A stretch of DNA of 64,000 nucleotides from Narcine bancroftii (lineage: Eukaryota), in NCBI RefSeq assembly GCF_036971445.1, contig NC_091481.1:83390001-83454000 (forward strand), given 5' to 3'. Both the position numbers and the translations under genes were made by a program. Under the pieces are notes generated by a model, which was not told where the DNA came from, did not search any database, and worked only from the letters and a program-made list of their open reading frames with translations. Of this stretch, positions 12,089 to 25,350 are shown in pieces (positions within the stretch are counted from its first letter, which is position 1; each line of letters opens with the position of its first letter).

Positions 12089-15000
12089 ATGGCTACGCTG
12101 AACTATATGACTTTAAATATTAACGGAATACATAACCAAATTAAAAGGAAGAAACTGCTAAATTTACTGAAAAAAGAAAAAATTGATATAGCATTTGTGC
12201 AAGAAACACATTTAACTGAATTGGAGCACAAGAAATTAAAGAGAGATTGGGTAGGACACATAACAGCAGCGTCGTATAATTCAAAAGCAAGAGGAGTAGC
12301 TATATTAGTTAGTAAAAATGTGCCAATTAAAATAGAAGAGGAAATAATAGATCCAGCAGGGAGATATGTAATGATAAAATGTCAGATATATTCGGAGTTT
12401 TGGAATCTACTCAATGTATATTCACCTAATGAAGAAGATCAAAAGTTTATGCAAGATATTTTTTTGAAGATAGCAGATACGCAAGGGAACATATTAATAG
12501 GAGGGGATTTCAACCTGAATTTGGATTCAAATATGGACAAAACTGGGAAAAAAATTAACAGAAAGAACAAAGTAACTAAATTTATAATTAAATCAACGGA
12601 AGAAATGCAACTTTTGGATATATGGAGGAAACAACACCCAAATGAAAAGGAATATTCATATTACTCGGCTAGACATAAAACATACTCAAGAATAGACCTA
12701 TTTTTGTTATCAGCTCATATGCAGGATAGAGTAAGAGAAACATAATATAAAGCTAGAATACTATCGGACCATTCACCCTTAATATTGACAGTAAAGTTAG
12801 AGGACATCCCTCCAAGAATGTATAGATGGAGATTAAACCCCATGCTACTTAAAAGGCAGGATTTTAGAGAATTTATTGAAAAACAATTAAAAATGTATTT
12901 TGAAGTAAATACGGAATCAGTGGAAGATAAGTTTATACTATGGGATGCAATGAAAGCGTTCATCAGAGGGCAAATAATAAGTTATGTAACCAAGATGAAG
13001 AAGGACTATAATCAGGAAACAGAGCAGTTGGAAAGGGAAATAGTAAATATAGAAAAAGAATTAGCAATGAAGGAAGATACAACTAAAAGAAGAGAATTGG
13101 CAGATAAAAAAATAAAATATGAAACATTACAAACATATAAGGTGGAGAAGAACATAATGAAGACAAAACAGAAATATTATGAATTAGGGGAAAAAACGCA
13201 CAAAATTCTAGCATGGCAGCTTAAGACAGAACAAGCTAAGAAAATGGTATTGGCATCAAGGAAAAAAGACAAACAAATTACATATAATCCAAAGGAGCTC
13301 AAGGAAAACTTTAGAGAATTCTATGAACAATTATACCAAACTGAAAACGAAGGGAAAGAAGGGAAAATAGATGAATTTCTAACTAAAATTGAACTACCAA
13401 AACCACAAATTGAGGAACAAAATAAATTAACAGAACCATTTGGAATAGTAGAAATACAAGAGATAATAAAAAAATTACCAAATAATAAAACACCAGGAGA
13501 GGATGGATTCCCAATAGAATTCTATAAAACATTTAAAGATTTATTAATTCCTCCCCTCCTGGAAGTAATCAACCAGATTGATAAAACACAAAGCTTACCA
13601 GATTCATGTAAAACAGCAATAATTACAGTAATACTAAAGCAAGGGAAAGATCCACTCACACCAGCGTCATATAGACCAATATCATTACTTAACACAGATT
13701 ATAAGATAATAGCTAAACTATTAGCAAACAGATTAGCAGAGTATGTACCGAAAATGGTAAATCTAGACCAAACTGGATTTATTAAAAAAAGACGCACAAC
13801 AGACAATATTTGTAAATTTATTAACTTAATTCATGCAGTAGAAGGGAGTAAAGCGCCAACAGTAGCAGTTGCTTTAGATGCAGAGAAGGCCTTTGACAGA
13901 GTAGAATGGAATTATTTATTCAAAGTATTGCAAAAATTCAGTTTACCAGAGAAATATATTAATTGGATTAAAGCATTATATAAGGGGCCATTGGTGAAAG
14001 TGACAGTAAATGGATATATAGCAAAGCAATTTAACTTAAGCAGTTCAACAAGGCAGGGATGCCCACTATCACCATTATTGTTCGCGTTAGCTATAGCACC
14101 ACTAGCAGAATTGATAAGAACAGTAAATAATATAAAAGGGATAAAAATAAAAGACAAGGAATATAAAATCAGTTTATTTGCAGATGACGTTATAGTATAC
14201 TTAACAGAACCAGAAATATCAATAAAAGAATTACATAAGAAATTGAAGGAATATGGAGAAATGTCGGGATACAAGATTAACGCAAATAAAAGTGAAGCAA
14301 TGCCAATGAATAATGCGGATTTCTCAAAATTTAAGAAGGATCACCATTCAGATGGCAAATGCAAGCAATAAGATACCTAGGTATACAAATAAATAAAAAT
14401 CTCGGCCATCTATATAAACTCAATTATTATCCACTAATGAAAAAATTACAGGACGATTTAGAGCATTGGAAAGATTTACCATTAACACTAATAGGAAGGA
14501 TAAACTGAATTAAAATGAACATTTTCCCAAGGATATTATACCTATTTCAGACATTGCCAATACACTTGACAGAGAAATTCTTCAAGGAGTTAAAGAAAAT
14601 AATAAGGAAATTTTTATGGAAAGGGGGGAAACCGAGGATAGCACTAGATAAATTAACAGAATGGTATAAACAAGGAGGCTTACAACTGCCAAACTTTAAA
14701 AATTATTATAGAGCCGCACAATTAAGATACCTATCAGATTTTTATCAAACAAGGGAAAAGCCAGATTGGACTAGATTAGAATTAGATAAAACAGGGGAAA
14801 AGATACCTGAACATATATTATATAAATGGGATGAAAAATTGGTACAACATAGAAGTTCTCCAGTATTACATCATCTACTCAATATTTGGAAAAAGATTCA
14901 TGCAGAAAGGAATAAAACAAATTATCAATTACCAAAACTAATATTGACGCAAAATAAGTTACCCCCTTTTACAATAGATAACCTTTCCTTTAGAGAATGG

Positions 15001-15885
15001 GAGAAAAAAGGGATCAAGAGAATAGAAAATTGTTTTTCAGGAAATAGATTATTATCCTTTGAACAAATGGAAGATAAATACAATATAACTCAAGATACAG
15101 TGCTGGCATATTACCAATTGAGATCCTACTTGAAGGACAAATTAGGAAGCAGTCTGAGGTTACCAGAGGGAAGTAACCTTGAATATGTGATTACAGAAAC
15201 AATGATAATCAAAAGATTTATAACAAATATGTATATTAAACTGCAAGAAAAGGAGAACGAGGAAACAAATGGTAAAACTAAACAAAAATGGGAACAAGAT
15301 TTAAATATAAAGATAAAAAAGGAAACATGGGAGAAGTTATGTTCTGGAACGATGAGAAATACAATAAATATGGGGTTACGTATGATACAATATAACTGGA
15401 TACACAGGCTATACATTACACCTCAAAAGTTAAATAAATGGGACCCAACAGTATCTGATAGATGTTTTCGATGTAAAAAATAAATGGGAACAACAATTCA
15501 TGCAATCTGGACATGTGAGAAAGTAGAAAAATTTTGGGAAGATCTAAACCAAATATTAAATAAAATTACAGAAAACAATATACCAAAAAACCCAGAGATC
15601 TTCCTCCTAAGTAACATAAAAAACAAAGAATTTGGAATTGATTTGGAGGATGCACAAAAAAGACTTGTTAAGATAGCTCTAGCCATAGCAAAAAAATGTA
15701 TTATGTCAACCTGGAAATTGGAAGATAATTTGAAAATACAACAATGGTATATAGAAATGAATAAATGTATTCCATTAGAAAAAATAACATATAGTTTAAG
15801 AAATAATATTGAAATATTTGAACAAATATGGGAGCCTTACATGAAACACAATAGAGAAAACCTACCGGGGACAATCACTACCTAA
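12089..15885 (+). pseudogene. L1 ORF2p (APE endonuclease, RT, Cys-rich domain) with 3 nonsense codons and 1 frameshift
   Basis: TLNINGI, VQETH, GGDFN, SDHSP, RQGCPLSP and FADD motifs; stops at 12743-12745, ~14506 and 15481-15483; 1-nt deletion at ~14340. Confidence 0.9.
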
Positions 15886-18488
15886 ATTAACGAAAGGAGA
15901 AGGAAATGAAAAGAATTGACTCAGTGGAATTTCTTGTTTATTTTTATTGAATGACAACATTGTTTGACTGGTTTAATGTATCCTAGATTTTGTACTTTAA
16001 ATGGACGGGGGGGGGAGGTAGGGAGGGTGTGATGGGAGGAGGGAGGGGGGGGAGAAAATGGCACTGTATATATTTGAAAAGGAAAAAGTATATATCATGG
16101 TCAATGTGGTTTATGGTGTGAAAAATAAAAAAATTTTAAAAATTAAAAAAAATAAAGCCTCAATTTCACATCCCTGCTCTTCCATCCGATTCCTCTAGAC
16201 ATGAACACCCACATTGCATTTGCCTTCTTGGCCACTGACTCAATCTGAAGGTTAGACTTTCGGGTATCCTGCATGAGGACTCCCAAATCTCTTTGCACCT
16301 CCAAACTTTGAATTGGTAGTACATACTGATACCATTGACATGAGTGGGGCCATGGACCTGCAAAGTCAGTTTAGGGAGTTAGGAAACCGTTTGAACAGCA
16401 GGACCTCCCGGTACCACGAGCAAGGGAGATAGCGCAGATTAATGATGGCTGATCAAATGGTGCACGGGGCAGCGTTTCAAGTTCTTGGGGCATTGGAGCA
16501 TTTCTCCGCGGAACAGGTGACGTATAAAAGTGGGATGGGTTATACATGAACTGGAGGGGAAATAATATCCTGGCAGGAAGGTTTGATAATTCTGTTGTCG
16601 GGGCATTACTGAACAAGCTGGATATACATCAGAATCTGTTTGTCCCATCAATGACTGGATCATCCGTTAACTGCACTGCAGGGAAAATTTACCCTCTCCA
16701 AGATTATTTCCTAATAACAATGTCCACTGGTAAATTGATCTGATCCCTGTTGTCACATGTCTATTAACTGGTTTTGATTTCAAGATTATCTTGTTCAGAG
16801 GTATCGACTCCAAATCACACACCCCTCCCCCAAAAAAAACCTTGAATGAAATTTATTTCACCCTTGGCATCTTATCACGAAACCATGAGTAACTGGGCAG
16901 CCCCATTATCGCAAAAGATTTTTACTGTCACCTATAGAGGCACTTCCTCTAGCCAGAGGGTCGAGGATCTGTGGAACTCACTGCCGCATACAGCAGTGGA
17001 AGCCAGATCACTAGGAGTATTTAAACAAGAAATAGACAAGTATCTCATTAGTGAGGGCATCAAGGGATATGGGGAAAAGGCCAGAAATTGGAACTAGTGT
17101 AGAGTTACAGAACAGACTCGGTGGGCCTAGTGGCCTGCTTCTGTCCCTTTGTCTTGTGATCTTGTGAAAGCCTTACCCTCTGACAAAATATTTCAATTCC
17201 TCCCTAATTTTACCAACAGGTCCAGAACCTTTCTTTTTTAAAATTTCTGTATTCCATCTCTTTGAATACAGGCTGCCTCATTTTCATTAGGGGTGAAGAT
17301 GGGGCAGAGGAAGGAGCACCAGTCAACAGGCAGGAGGCCAGAGTTGGTCATGGACAGGAGATCAAGAGAGAAAAGATGAGAATTGATCGGGAAAGGAATA
17401 CAGAGCAGGAGGAATGGTGACAGATCATCCTCCATGTATAGCGTAGAAGGTTGAGAGGGGATTTGATAGAGGTATTTAAAATTATCAAGGGAATAGATAG
17501 AGTAGATGTGAATAGGCCTTTCCCCTGAGGGTAGGGGAGATTGGGACAAAGGGCTCATAAGTTAAGGGATAGGGGCAAAACCTAAAAAGTGGATGCTTCT
17601 TCACTCAGAGAGTGGTGGCTGAGTGGAATGATCTACCGGAAGAGGTAGTTGCAGCAGGGTCAATTCTGTAATTTAAGAGGAGGTTGGATGAGTAGATGGA
17701 TGTGAGGGGGTTGGAGGGTTATGGGCAAGGGAGTGGGTAGGTGGAACTACTGGAGTTTCACGAAAATTGGTGCGGACTACAAGGGCCCATATGGCTGGTT
17801 TCCGTACTGTAATTGTTACATGGTTATAGGTTAAGGTGGGGAGTGTGTACAATATGCAGGCGGTCACCTGAATAAAAAGGCAGGAGTGTGAGGGAAGAAG
17901 GGGCAAGGGGAGGAGCACAGCCCAACAGCCAATGAGGCCATAGGTGGACATTGACAGGGAGCAGGAGAGAGATGCTGAGAATTTATTGGGACAGTGGTAG
18001 CTCTGTAAATGCAGAGCTGGAGTAAAGGAGACATAGGGATCTGGAAAGTGAGAGACAGACAGGCTCGTTCCATTTCACTATTCTCTAGCCATAGGTTAAG
18101 GTGAGCAGGCAGGAGGATTAGAGGGGACCTGAGTTAAATTGTTTTCACCCAGATGGGGGCTGCAGTCTGGAATCTACTGACTGAGGAGGAAACAAGTGTT
18201 CTCACAATGTTGACATAGTGTCCGGGCCACAGTTGGATTGCCACGGCATAGAGGGCTGTGGATGAAGTGCTGGGAAATGGGATGGGTATAGATGGGTACA
18301 TGATAGTCAACATGAATTCCATGGGTGGAAGGGCCTGTTTTTGTGCTGTACGATTCCTTGAGTCTAATGTTGAATTTGCCAAAACTAGAAGCAGATAATC
18401 TTATTCTCATATTCCAGCATTAACCGTTTCTGTTCTCCTCTGCCAGTTTAAATTTAATCGGCACTTTCTAATTTACACAAGAGGGAGA

Positions 18489-18527
18489 TGATTTGCATGT
18501 TGCAATCTGTTCTATTTTTAAATAAAG
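18489..18527 (+). promoter_or_regulatory. Octamer plus TATA-like element upstream of GPCR copy 2
   Basis: TGATTTGCAT at 18489-18498 followed by TTTTTAAATAAA. Confidence 0.55.
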
Positions 18528-18670
18528 ATAACTATTTGGAAGGTGTTGCAACCTCAAGAGGTCCCCAGAGAATCACAGCGAATAAATGAAATGTTCGGGG
18601 TCGGCATCAGCTCAGAGCTCCATTCAGAGAGATTGGCTGCAGCACGAAGATACCTCTTCTCACGAAGAAC

Positions 18671-18737
18671 ATGCATCGCCCAGTTCAAGTTGCCGCGAAG
18701 ATATGGTACACCATCATTGCCATTATTGGTGTTCCTG
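18671..18737 (+). CDS. GPR139/142-like GPCR copy 2, coding exon 1
   Basis: Same 67-nt exon as copy 1; GTAAGT donor. Confidence 0.85.
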
Positions 18738-20040
18738 GTAAGTGCCTTTCGCCTTTACATTTCACTGAGTCGGGCTTCACCTCCGCTCTGTCTGTCCTCA
18801 GGAATACGTCTTCCACTCCAGCCCCTCTGAACTATGTCCACCTCCTTCTGGCCCTCCCTTCGCCTCCCTCCCTTTTAAGCTGGTCAATAAAATCAGGCCT
18901 GCATTAATTATGAAGCAAAATGAGCACATGCTGAGGGCACCAAGTGAAGGGGTGTCGCAAATTTTTTTCCCGTGCCAGATTTACCAGGCTGTAGCTGAAT
19001 GAGGGCTCTACATAAAGTCCCCCACCACAATAAATGAAGTTATACATACACAAGTCAAGGTTATGTGATGGTCTGTGTCGTGATACAGCTATTGAGGTTA
19101 TATTTAATATCGTTGTGGGGTCTCACCTCGTAGAAAACTGAATTTTTTTAATCTATTATTTCACATTCAGCACTTAACATCTTGTCAGTAAAAGGAAGGG
19201 TGGAGGAGGAACGACTGTTGGGCTTTGTTTAGGCCTCAATCAGGCCCTGTGTAAATCTCTTACCCGCATCTCCTCCATTACCCCACTTCTGCTCCCACCC
19301 AATCTCACCTTCAGATGCAACAGGGATATGGGGTCTTTTTGAAAGAGATCTCGCCGTTAAGTGGCCAAGGTGATAGATAGGCATTGAAGAAGGCCTCCAT
19401 GTGTGGCTTCATAAACCGTGGGATGGAACACAAGAGGAGGAGGATGATTGTTCCAGCGATTGAAGATGTTTATGGGGCCTCACCTGGATTATCGTGTGTA
19501 GTACGCATTAAAACACTGCAGAGCAAGATGGGATTGGTGTGGAGAGGGTGCAGAGGAGATTCAGCAGGATGATACTGACACACAGTGGAGAGAAGATATT
19601 GGGGAAAATATAAACAACTGGATGGTGGAAGTTCGAGGGTCGACAGTGGAAGGAAAACAATTGTCGACATTTCTGGTCAGATCCCTTCATCCAGTCTTGA
19701 TGAAGTGACAGTGAATATCAGTTCGATTACAGGTTCTAACCCAAATCATAACCATTCTTTTTCTCCCACTGATGCCCCTTGACCTGCTGAGCTCCTCTAG
19801 TAGAATTTGTTCTTGCTTTTTTTTTTAAACACCAGGATATTGTTGCCTATATTTGATCAGTTTAATTTTAAGGACAGATTACATGGGCTGGGTTTGATCC
19901 AATAAACAATCGAGCATAAAGTTCGTAAGCATGTTGGGGTTTTAGGTAAGATTTTATCTTCTGTAACAAAATTTGGTTCCTTGCTGACGCAGGATGACCT
20001 ATACATTCTGACCCATTTTACCTTCTCTCTTGCTTTGCAG

Positions 20041-20942
20041 TGAATTTCGTGGCGATTGTGATCCTGTCCCGGGGCAAGTGTGGACTCTCCCCTTGCACCA
20101 CCCTGTACCTGGTAGCCATGGCGGTGGCGGACCTCTTGACCATTGTCAACCATGTCATACTATGGCGGGTCAATATTTATTATTTCCCCTGGAACTTCCT
20201 GCGCATCACGCCCGTCTGCAGTGTGCTGTTTGTCCTCATGAATGCGGCCAGGGGCTGTTCTGTCTGGTTCACTGTTACTTTCACCTTTGATCGATACGTG
20301 GCCATTTGCTGCCAGAAGTTAAAAAATAAATTCTGCACCAGGAAAACCGCGGTGGTGGTTCTGACGATAACTGGCACTCTGGTCTGTTTAAAAAATATTC
20401 CCAAGTACTTCACACAGGAACCTTGGGTGATCATCGACGGTATTCCTTGGCTGTGTATATTTAAGGCAGAATACTACTCTAAGCCGGAGTGGGTGGGATT
20501 TGACTGGTTCGACGCTGTTTCAACCCCATTGCTGCCTTTCGGTTTAATCTTGTTGTTTAATGTTCTGACAGTCAAACACATTCTGGTTGCCAGTCGGGTA
20601 CGCAAGGGGCTAAGAGGTCAAAGCAGGGGAGAGAAAGGCAGTGACCCCGAGATGGAGAACCGCAGGAAGTCTATCATTTTACTCTTCACGCTATCGGGCA
20701 GCTTCGTCCTCCTGTGGCTGTCGTACATTATAGATTCCTTCTTTTATTCCATCACTGGCACCACCGTCAGTGACTACAACAGTTCTCAATACAATTTTCG
20801 TTACGTGGGAGCCATGCTTCTACATTTAAGTTGCTGCACTAACACATTTATCTATGCTGTGACTCAGTCCAAGTTCAGGGAACAGCTCAAGAACTTGGCT
20901 AAGTGTCCCGTACCTTCAATTATCCAACAAATTTATCAATAA
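20041..20942 (+). CDS. GPR139/142-like GPCR copy 2, coding exon 2
   Basis: Acceptor ttgcag at 20040; intact 7TM frame with DRY motif. Confidence 0.9.
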
Positions 20943-23900
20943 AACTGAACTCAACAATTGATGTGCACAGATGTACTGGGTCAGAACAAATATTGGACTC
21001 ATTGGGAGGGTTTGCAAAGCCGATCTGAGGTTTACGAGTCTACCTGTATCTTGACAATTTCCCTGCGAGTGCTGGATTTAATTCAATCAGATTTTAATTT
21101 TGTAAACACAGCAGCCCAGATTAGGTGATAGAGATTGAAGCTGAGGCAGTGGAATTCTGCCTGCAGGATGTGGGAAATCTGGGACAGCATGAAAGTCTGT
21201 GGTGACTCCACCTGCATCCAGCTGTAGGTCCTTACAGACCGTGTTGGGGGACTGGAGCTAGATGAACACTGGATCATCCAGGAGGCAGAGGGAAGTGATA
21301 AACAAAAGCTATAAGGAGACAGTCACACCAAAGGGGTAAGAGAAAGGTAATTGGTTGACTGTTCGGAAATGGAAAGGCAGTCAGTGTGGAATACACCTGT
21401 GACCATTCCCCTCAGCAACAAGTATACGCCCTTCGATACTGCTGAGGTTGAATGACTTGTCTGTGCAAGGCAATGGCCGGTCAATAGCACCGTGGTCAGA
21501 TCTAAGCCCCAGTGGGGAAGGGTGGAGAGTGATAATCGGTGTCATGTTTGTTAGAGGAACGGATAGGAGATTTAGCAGCCACAAAATAGACTCCAGGATA
21601 TAACCTGGGTGCTCAGGTTCAGGATGTGTCTGGGTAGTTGCAGAATATTCTTAATGGACAGGGTGGGCAAACAGACAAAGTCTCACCAATGCCTCATAAA
21701 GCCTCAATTTCACATCCCTGCTCTTCCATCCGATTCCTCTAGACATGAACACCAACATTGCATTTGCCTTCTTGGCCACTGACTCAATCTGAAGGTTAAA
21801 CTTTCGGGTATCCTGCATGAGGACTCCCAAATCTCTTTGCACCTCCAAATTTTGAATTGGTACTACATACTGGTACCATTGACATGAGTGGGGCAGTGGG
21901 CCTGCAAAGTCAGTTTAGGGAGTTAGGAAACTGCTTGAACAGCAGGACCTCCCGGTACCACGAGCCAGGGAGATAGCGCAGATTAATGATGGCTGATCAA
22001 ATGGCGCACGGGGCAGTGTTTCAAGTTCTTGGGCCATTGGAGCATTTCTCTGCGGAACAGATGATGTCTAAAAGTGGGATGGGTTATACATGAACTGGAG
22101 GTGAAATAATATCCTGGCAGGAAGGTTTGATAATTCTGTTGTTGGGGCATTACTGAACAAGCTGGATATATATCAGAATCTGTTTGTCTCATCAATGACT
22201 GGATCATCCGTTAACTGCACTGCAGGGAAAATTTACCCTCTCCAAGATTATTTCCTAATAACAATGTCCACTGGTAAATTGATCTGATCCCTGTTGTCAC
22301 ATGTCTATTAACTGGTTTTGATTTCAAGATTATCTTGTTCAGAGGTATCGACTCCAAATCACACACCCCTCCCCCAAAAAAAACCTTGAATGAAATTTAT
22401 TTCACCCTTGGCATCTTATCACGAAACCACGAGTAACTGGGCAGCCCCATTATCGCAAAAGATTTTTACTGTCACCTATAGAGGCACTTCCTCTAGCCAG
22501 AGGGTCGAGGATCTGTGGAACTCACTGCCGCATACAGCAGTGGAAGCCAGATCACTAGGAGTATTTAAACAAGAAATAGACAAGTATCTCATTAGTGAGG
22601 GCATCAAGGGATATGGGGAAAAGGCCAGAAATTGGAACTAGTGTAGAGTTACAGAACAGACTCGGTGGGCCTAGTGGCCTGCTTCTGTCCCTTTGTCTTG
22701 TGATCTTGTGAAAGCCTTTCCCTCTGACAAAATATTTCAATTCCTCCCTAATTTTACCAACAGGTCCAGAACCTTTCTTTTTTAAAATTTCTGTGTTCCA
22801 TCTCTTTGAATACAGGCTGCCTCATTTTCATTAGGGGTGAAGAGGGGGCAGAGGAAGGAGCACCAGTCAACAGGCAGGAGGCCAGAGTTGGTCATGGACA
22901 GGAGATCAAGAGAGAAAAGATGAGAATTGATCGGGAAAGGAATACAGAGCAGGAGGAATGGTGACAGATCATCCTCCATGTATAGCGTAGAAGGTTGAGA
23001 GGGGATTTGATAGAGGTATTTAAAATTATCAAGGGAATAGATAGAGTAGATGTGAATAGGCCTTTCCCCTGAGGGTAGGGGAGATTGGGACAAAGGGCTC
23101 ATAAGTTAAGGGATAGGGGAAAAACCTAAAAAGTGGATGCTTCTTCACTCAGAGAGTGGTGGCTGAGTGGAATGATCTACCGGAAGAGGTAGTTGCAGCA
23201 GGGTCAATTCTGTAATTTAAGAGGAGGTTGGATGAGTAGATGGATATGAGGGGGTTGGAGGGTTATGGGCAAGGGAGTGGGTAGGTGGAACTACTGGAGT
23301 TTCACGAAAATTGGTGCGGACTACAAGGGCCCATATGGCTGGTTTCCGTACTGTAATTGTTACATGGTTATAGGTTAAGGTGGGGAGTGTGTACAATATG
23401 CAGGCGGTCACCTGAATAAAAAGGCAGGAGTGTGAGGGAAGAAGGGGCAAGGGAAGGAGCACAGCCCAACAGCCAATGAGGCCATAGGTGGACATTGACA
23501 GGGAGCAGGAGAGAGATGCTGAGAATTTATTGGGACAGTGGTAGCTCTGTAAATGCAGAGCTGGAGTAAAGGAGACATAGGGATCTGGAAAGTGAGAGAC
23601 AGACAGGCTCGTTCCATTTCACTATTCTCTAGCCATAGGTTAAGGTGAGCAGGCAGGAGGATTAGAGGGGACCTGAGTTAAATTGTTTTCACCCAGATGG
23701 GGGCTGCAGTCTGGAATCTACTGACTGAGGAGGAAACAAGTGTTCTCACAATGTTGACATAGTGTCCGGGCCACAGTTGGATTGCCACGGCATAGAGGGC
23801 TGTGGATGAAGTGCTGGGAAATGGGATGGGTATAGATGGGTACATGATAGTCAACATGAATTCCCTGGGTGGAAGGGCCTGTTTTTGTGCTGTACGACCC

Positions 23901-24032
23901 CGTGAGTCTAATATTGAATTTGCCAAAACTAGAAACAGATAATCTTATTCTCATATTCCAGCATTAACCGTTTCTGATCTCCTCTGCCAGTTTACATTTA
24001 ATTGGCACTTTCTAATTTACACAAGAGGGAGA

Positions 24033-24071
24033 TGATTTGCATGTTGCAATCTGTTCTATTTTTAAATAAAG
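24033..24071 (+). promoter_or_regulatory. Octamer plus TATA-like element upstream of GPCR copy 3
   Basis: TGATTTGCAT at 24033-24042 followed by TTTTTAAATAAA. Confidence 0.55.
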
Positions 24072-24214
24072 ATAACTATTTGGAAGGTGTTGCAACCTCA
24101 AGAGGTCCCCAGAGAATCATAACGAATAAATGAAATGTTCGGGGTCTGCAACAGCTCAGAGCTCCATTCAGAGAGATTGGCTGCAGCACGAAGATACGTC
24201 TTCACACAAAGAAC

Positions 24215-24281
24215 ATGCATCGCCCAGTTCAAGTTGCCGCGAAGATATGGTACACCATCATTGCCATTATTGGTGTTCCTG
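24215..24281 (+). CDS. GPR139/142-like GPCR copy 3, coding exon 1
   Basis: Same 67-nt exon; GTAAGT donor. Confidence 0.85.
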
Positions 24282-25028
24282 GTAAGTGCCTTTACATTTC
24301 ACTGAGTCTGCGTGGTTGAGTCCGATGGCCAGCTCTCTTCCAGTTCATCCATTTCTGGTGCACTTCTCAGAAACAAGCTTTCCACTCCAGCACATTTGAA
24401 ATATGTTCTCCTCTCACTGAAATGCACCACCCCCCCCCCCCCACCCCCACAGCCCTCTTCCTCCTCTGTGGTCGATAAAGCCCTCACCCGCATCTTCTCC
24501 TGCTCTCAGTCCATCTCCCCCAATGCACCACAGGGATAGGGAGTGTTCATGAAAGTGGCCAGGCCAAAGAGATAGTGGGTGAAGAAGGCATATGCCGTGC
24601 TGGCTCTCATGAGCACAGGAACAGGAGGATCATTGTTCCAACTTCATAAGTCTTTAGCTAGGAGTATTATGGCCACACTGCAGACTAGGATGTGGTTGAT
24701 GTGGAGAGGATGCAGAGGAGATTCGCCAGGATGTTGCAGACGCTGTAACCTACTTCAAAAATAAACAATTGAATGGAAGAGTGCAGTAGTCGAGCAGCAA
24801 CAGTGGGAGAAAAACACGATTGCCAATACCTTTCGACCAGAATTGATGAAACCACTCTTCATGAAGTTCAGTTTGATGAAGGGTTCCAGGGCGAAACACT
24901 AACCTTGCTTTTGCTCCCACTAATGTTGCTTGACCTGCGAGCTCCTCCAGCAGAATTTTTAGTTGATTTTTTAAAAAAAACACATCAGGATGTTGTTGCC
25001 TGATTTGGAGGACTTCGGTTTTAAGGAT

Positions 25029-25350
25029 AGATCGAGAGGTGATCTCGTATCAGAGATCGAGAGGTGATCTCGTATCAGAGATCGAGAGGTGATCTCGTAT
25101 CAGAGATCGAGAGGTGATCTCGTATCAGAGATCGAGAGGTGATCTCGTATCAGAGATCGAGAGGTGATCTCGTATCAGAGATCGAGAGGTGATCTCGTAT
25201 CAGAGATCGAGAGGTGATCTCGTATCAGAGATCGAGAGGTGATCTCGTATCAGAGATCGAGAGGTGATCTCGTATCAGAGATCGAGAGGTGATCTCGTAT
25301 CAGATATCGAGAGGTGATCTCGTATCAGAGATTGAGAGGTGATCTCGTAT
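25029..25350. repeat. 25-bp minisatellite, ~13 copies (AGATCGAGAGGTGATCTCGTATCAG)
   Basis: Direct tandem repeat with no spacers, inside a CR1 fragment in the copy 3 intron. Confidence 0.95.

Larger units (their letters stand above)
9244..16151 (+). mobile_element. Full-length L1-clade LINE with disabled ORF2; 15-bp TSD ATAAAGCCTCAATTT (9229-9243 and 16152-16166)
   Basis: CpG-rich 5' UTR, ORF1, spacer, ORF2, G-rich 3' UTR, AATAAA and A-rich tail; the empty site is visible in the paralogous unit at ~21696-21710. Confidence 0.95.
16167..18740. repeat. Segmental duplication: near-identical to 21711-24284 (offset 5544 bp)
   Basis: Line-by-line identity, mirrored in duplicated ORF-track entries (e.g. 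16846/22390 and 17238/22782). Confidence 0.95.

Noticed and set aside
24870-24900. Hammerhead-ribozyme-like motif (TTGATGA...GAAA) in Penelope-like repeat ends; weaker ones near 7246, 45488 and 55760
   Set aside because: None has an intact CUGANGA core with pairable stems; degenerate at best.
25029-25350. CRISPR-like palindromic repeat array
   Set aside because: No unique spacers, no cas genes, eukaryotic intron context; it is a minisatellite.
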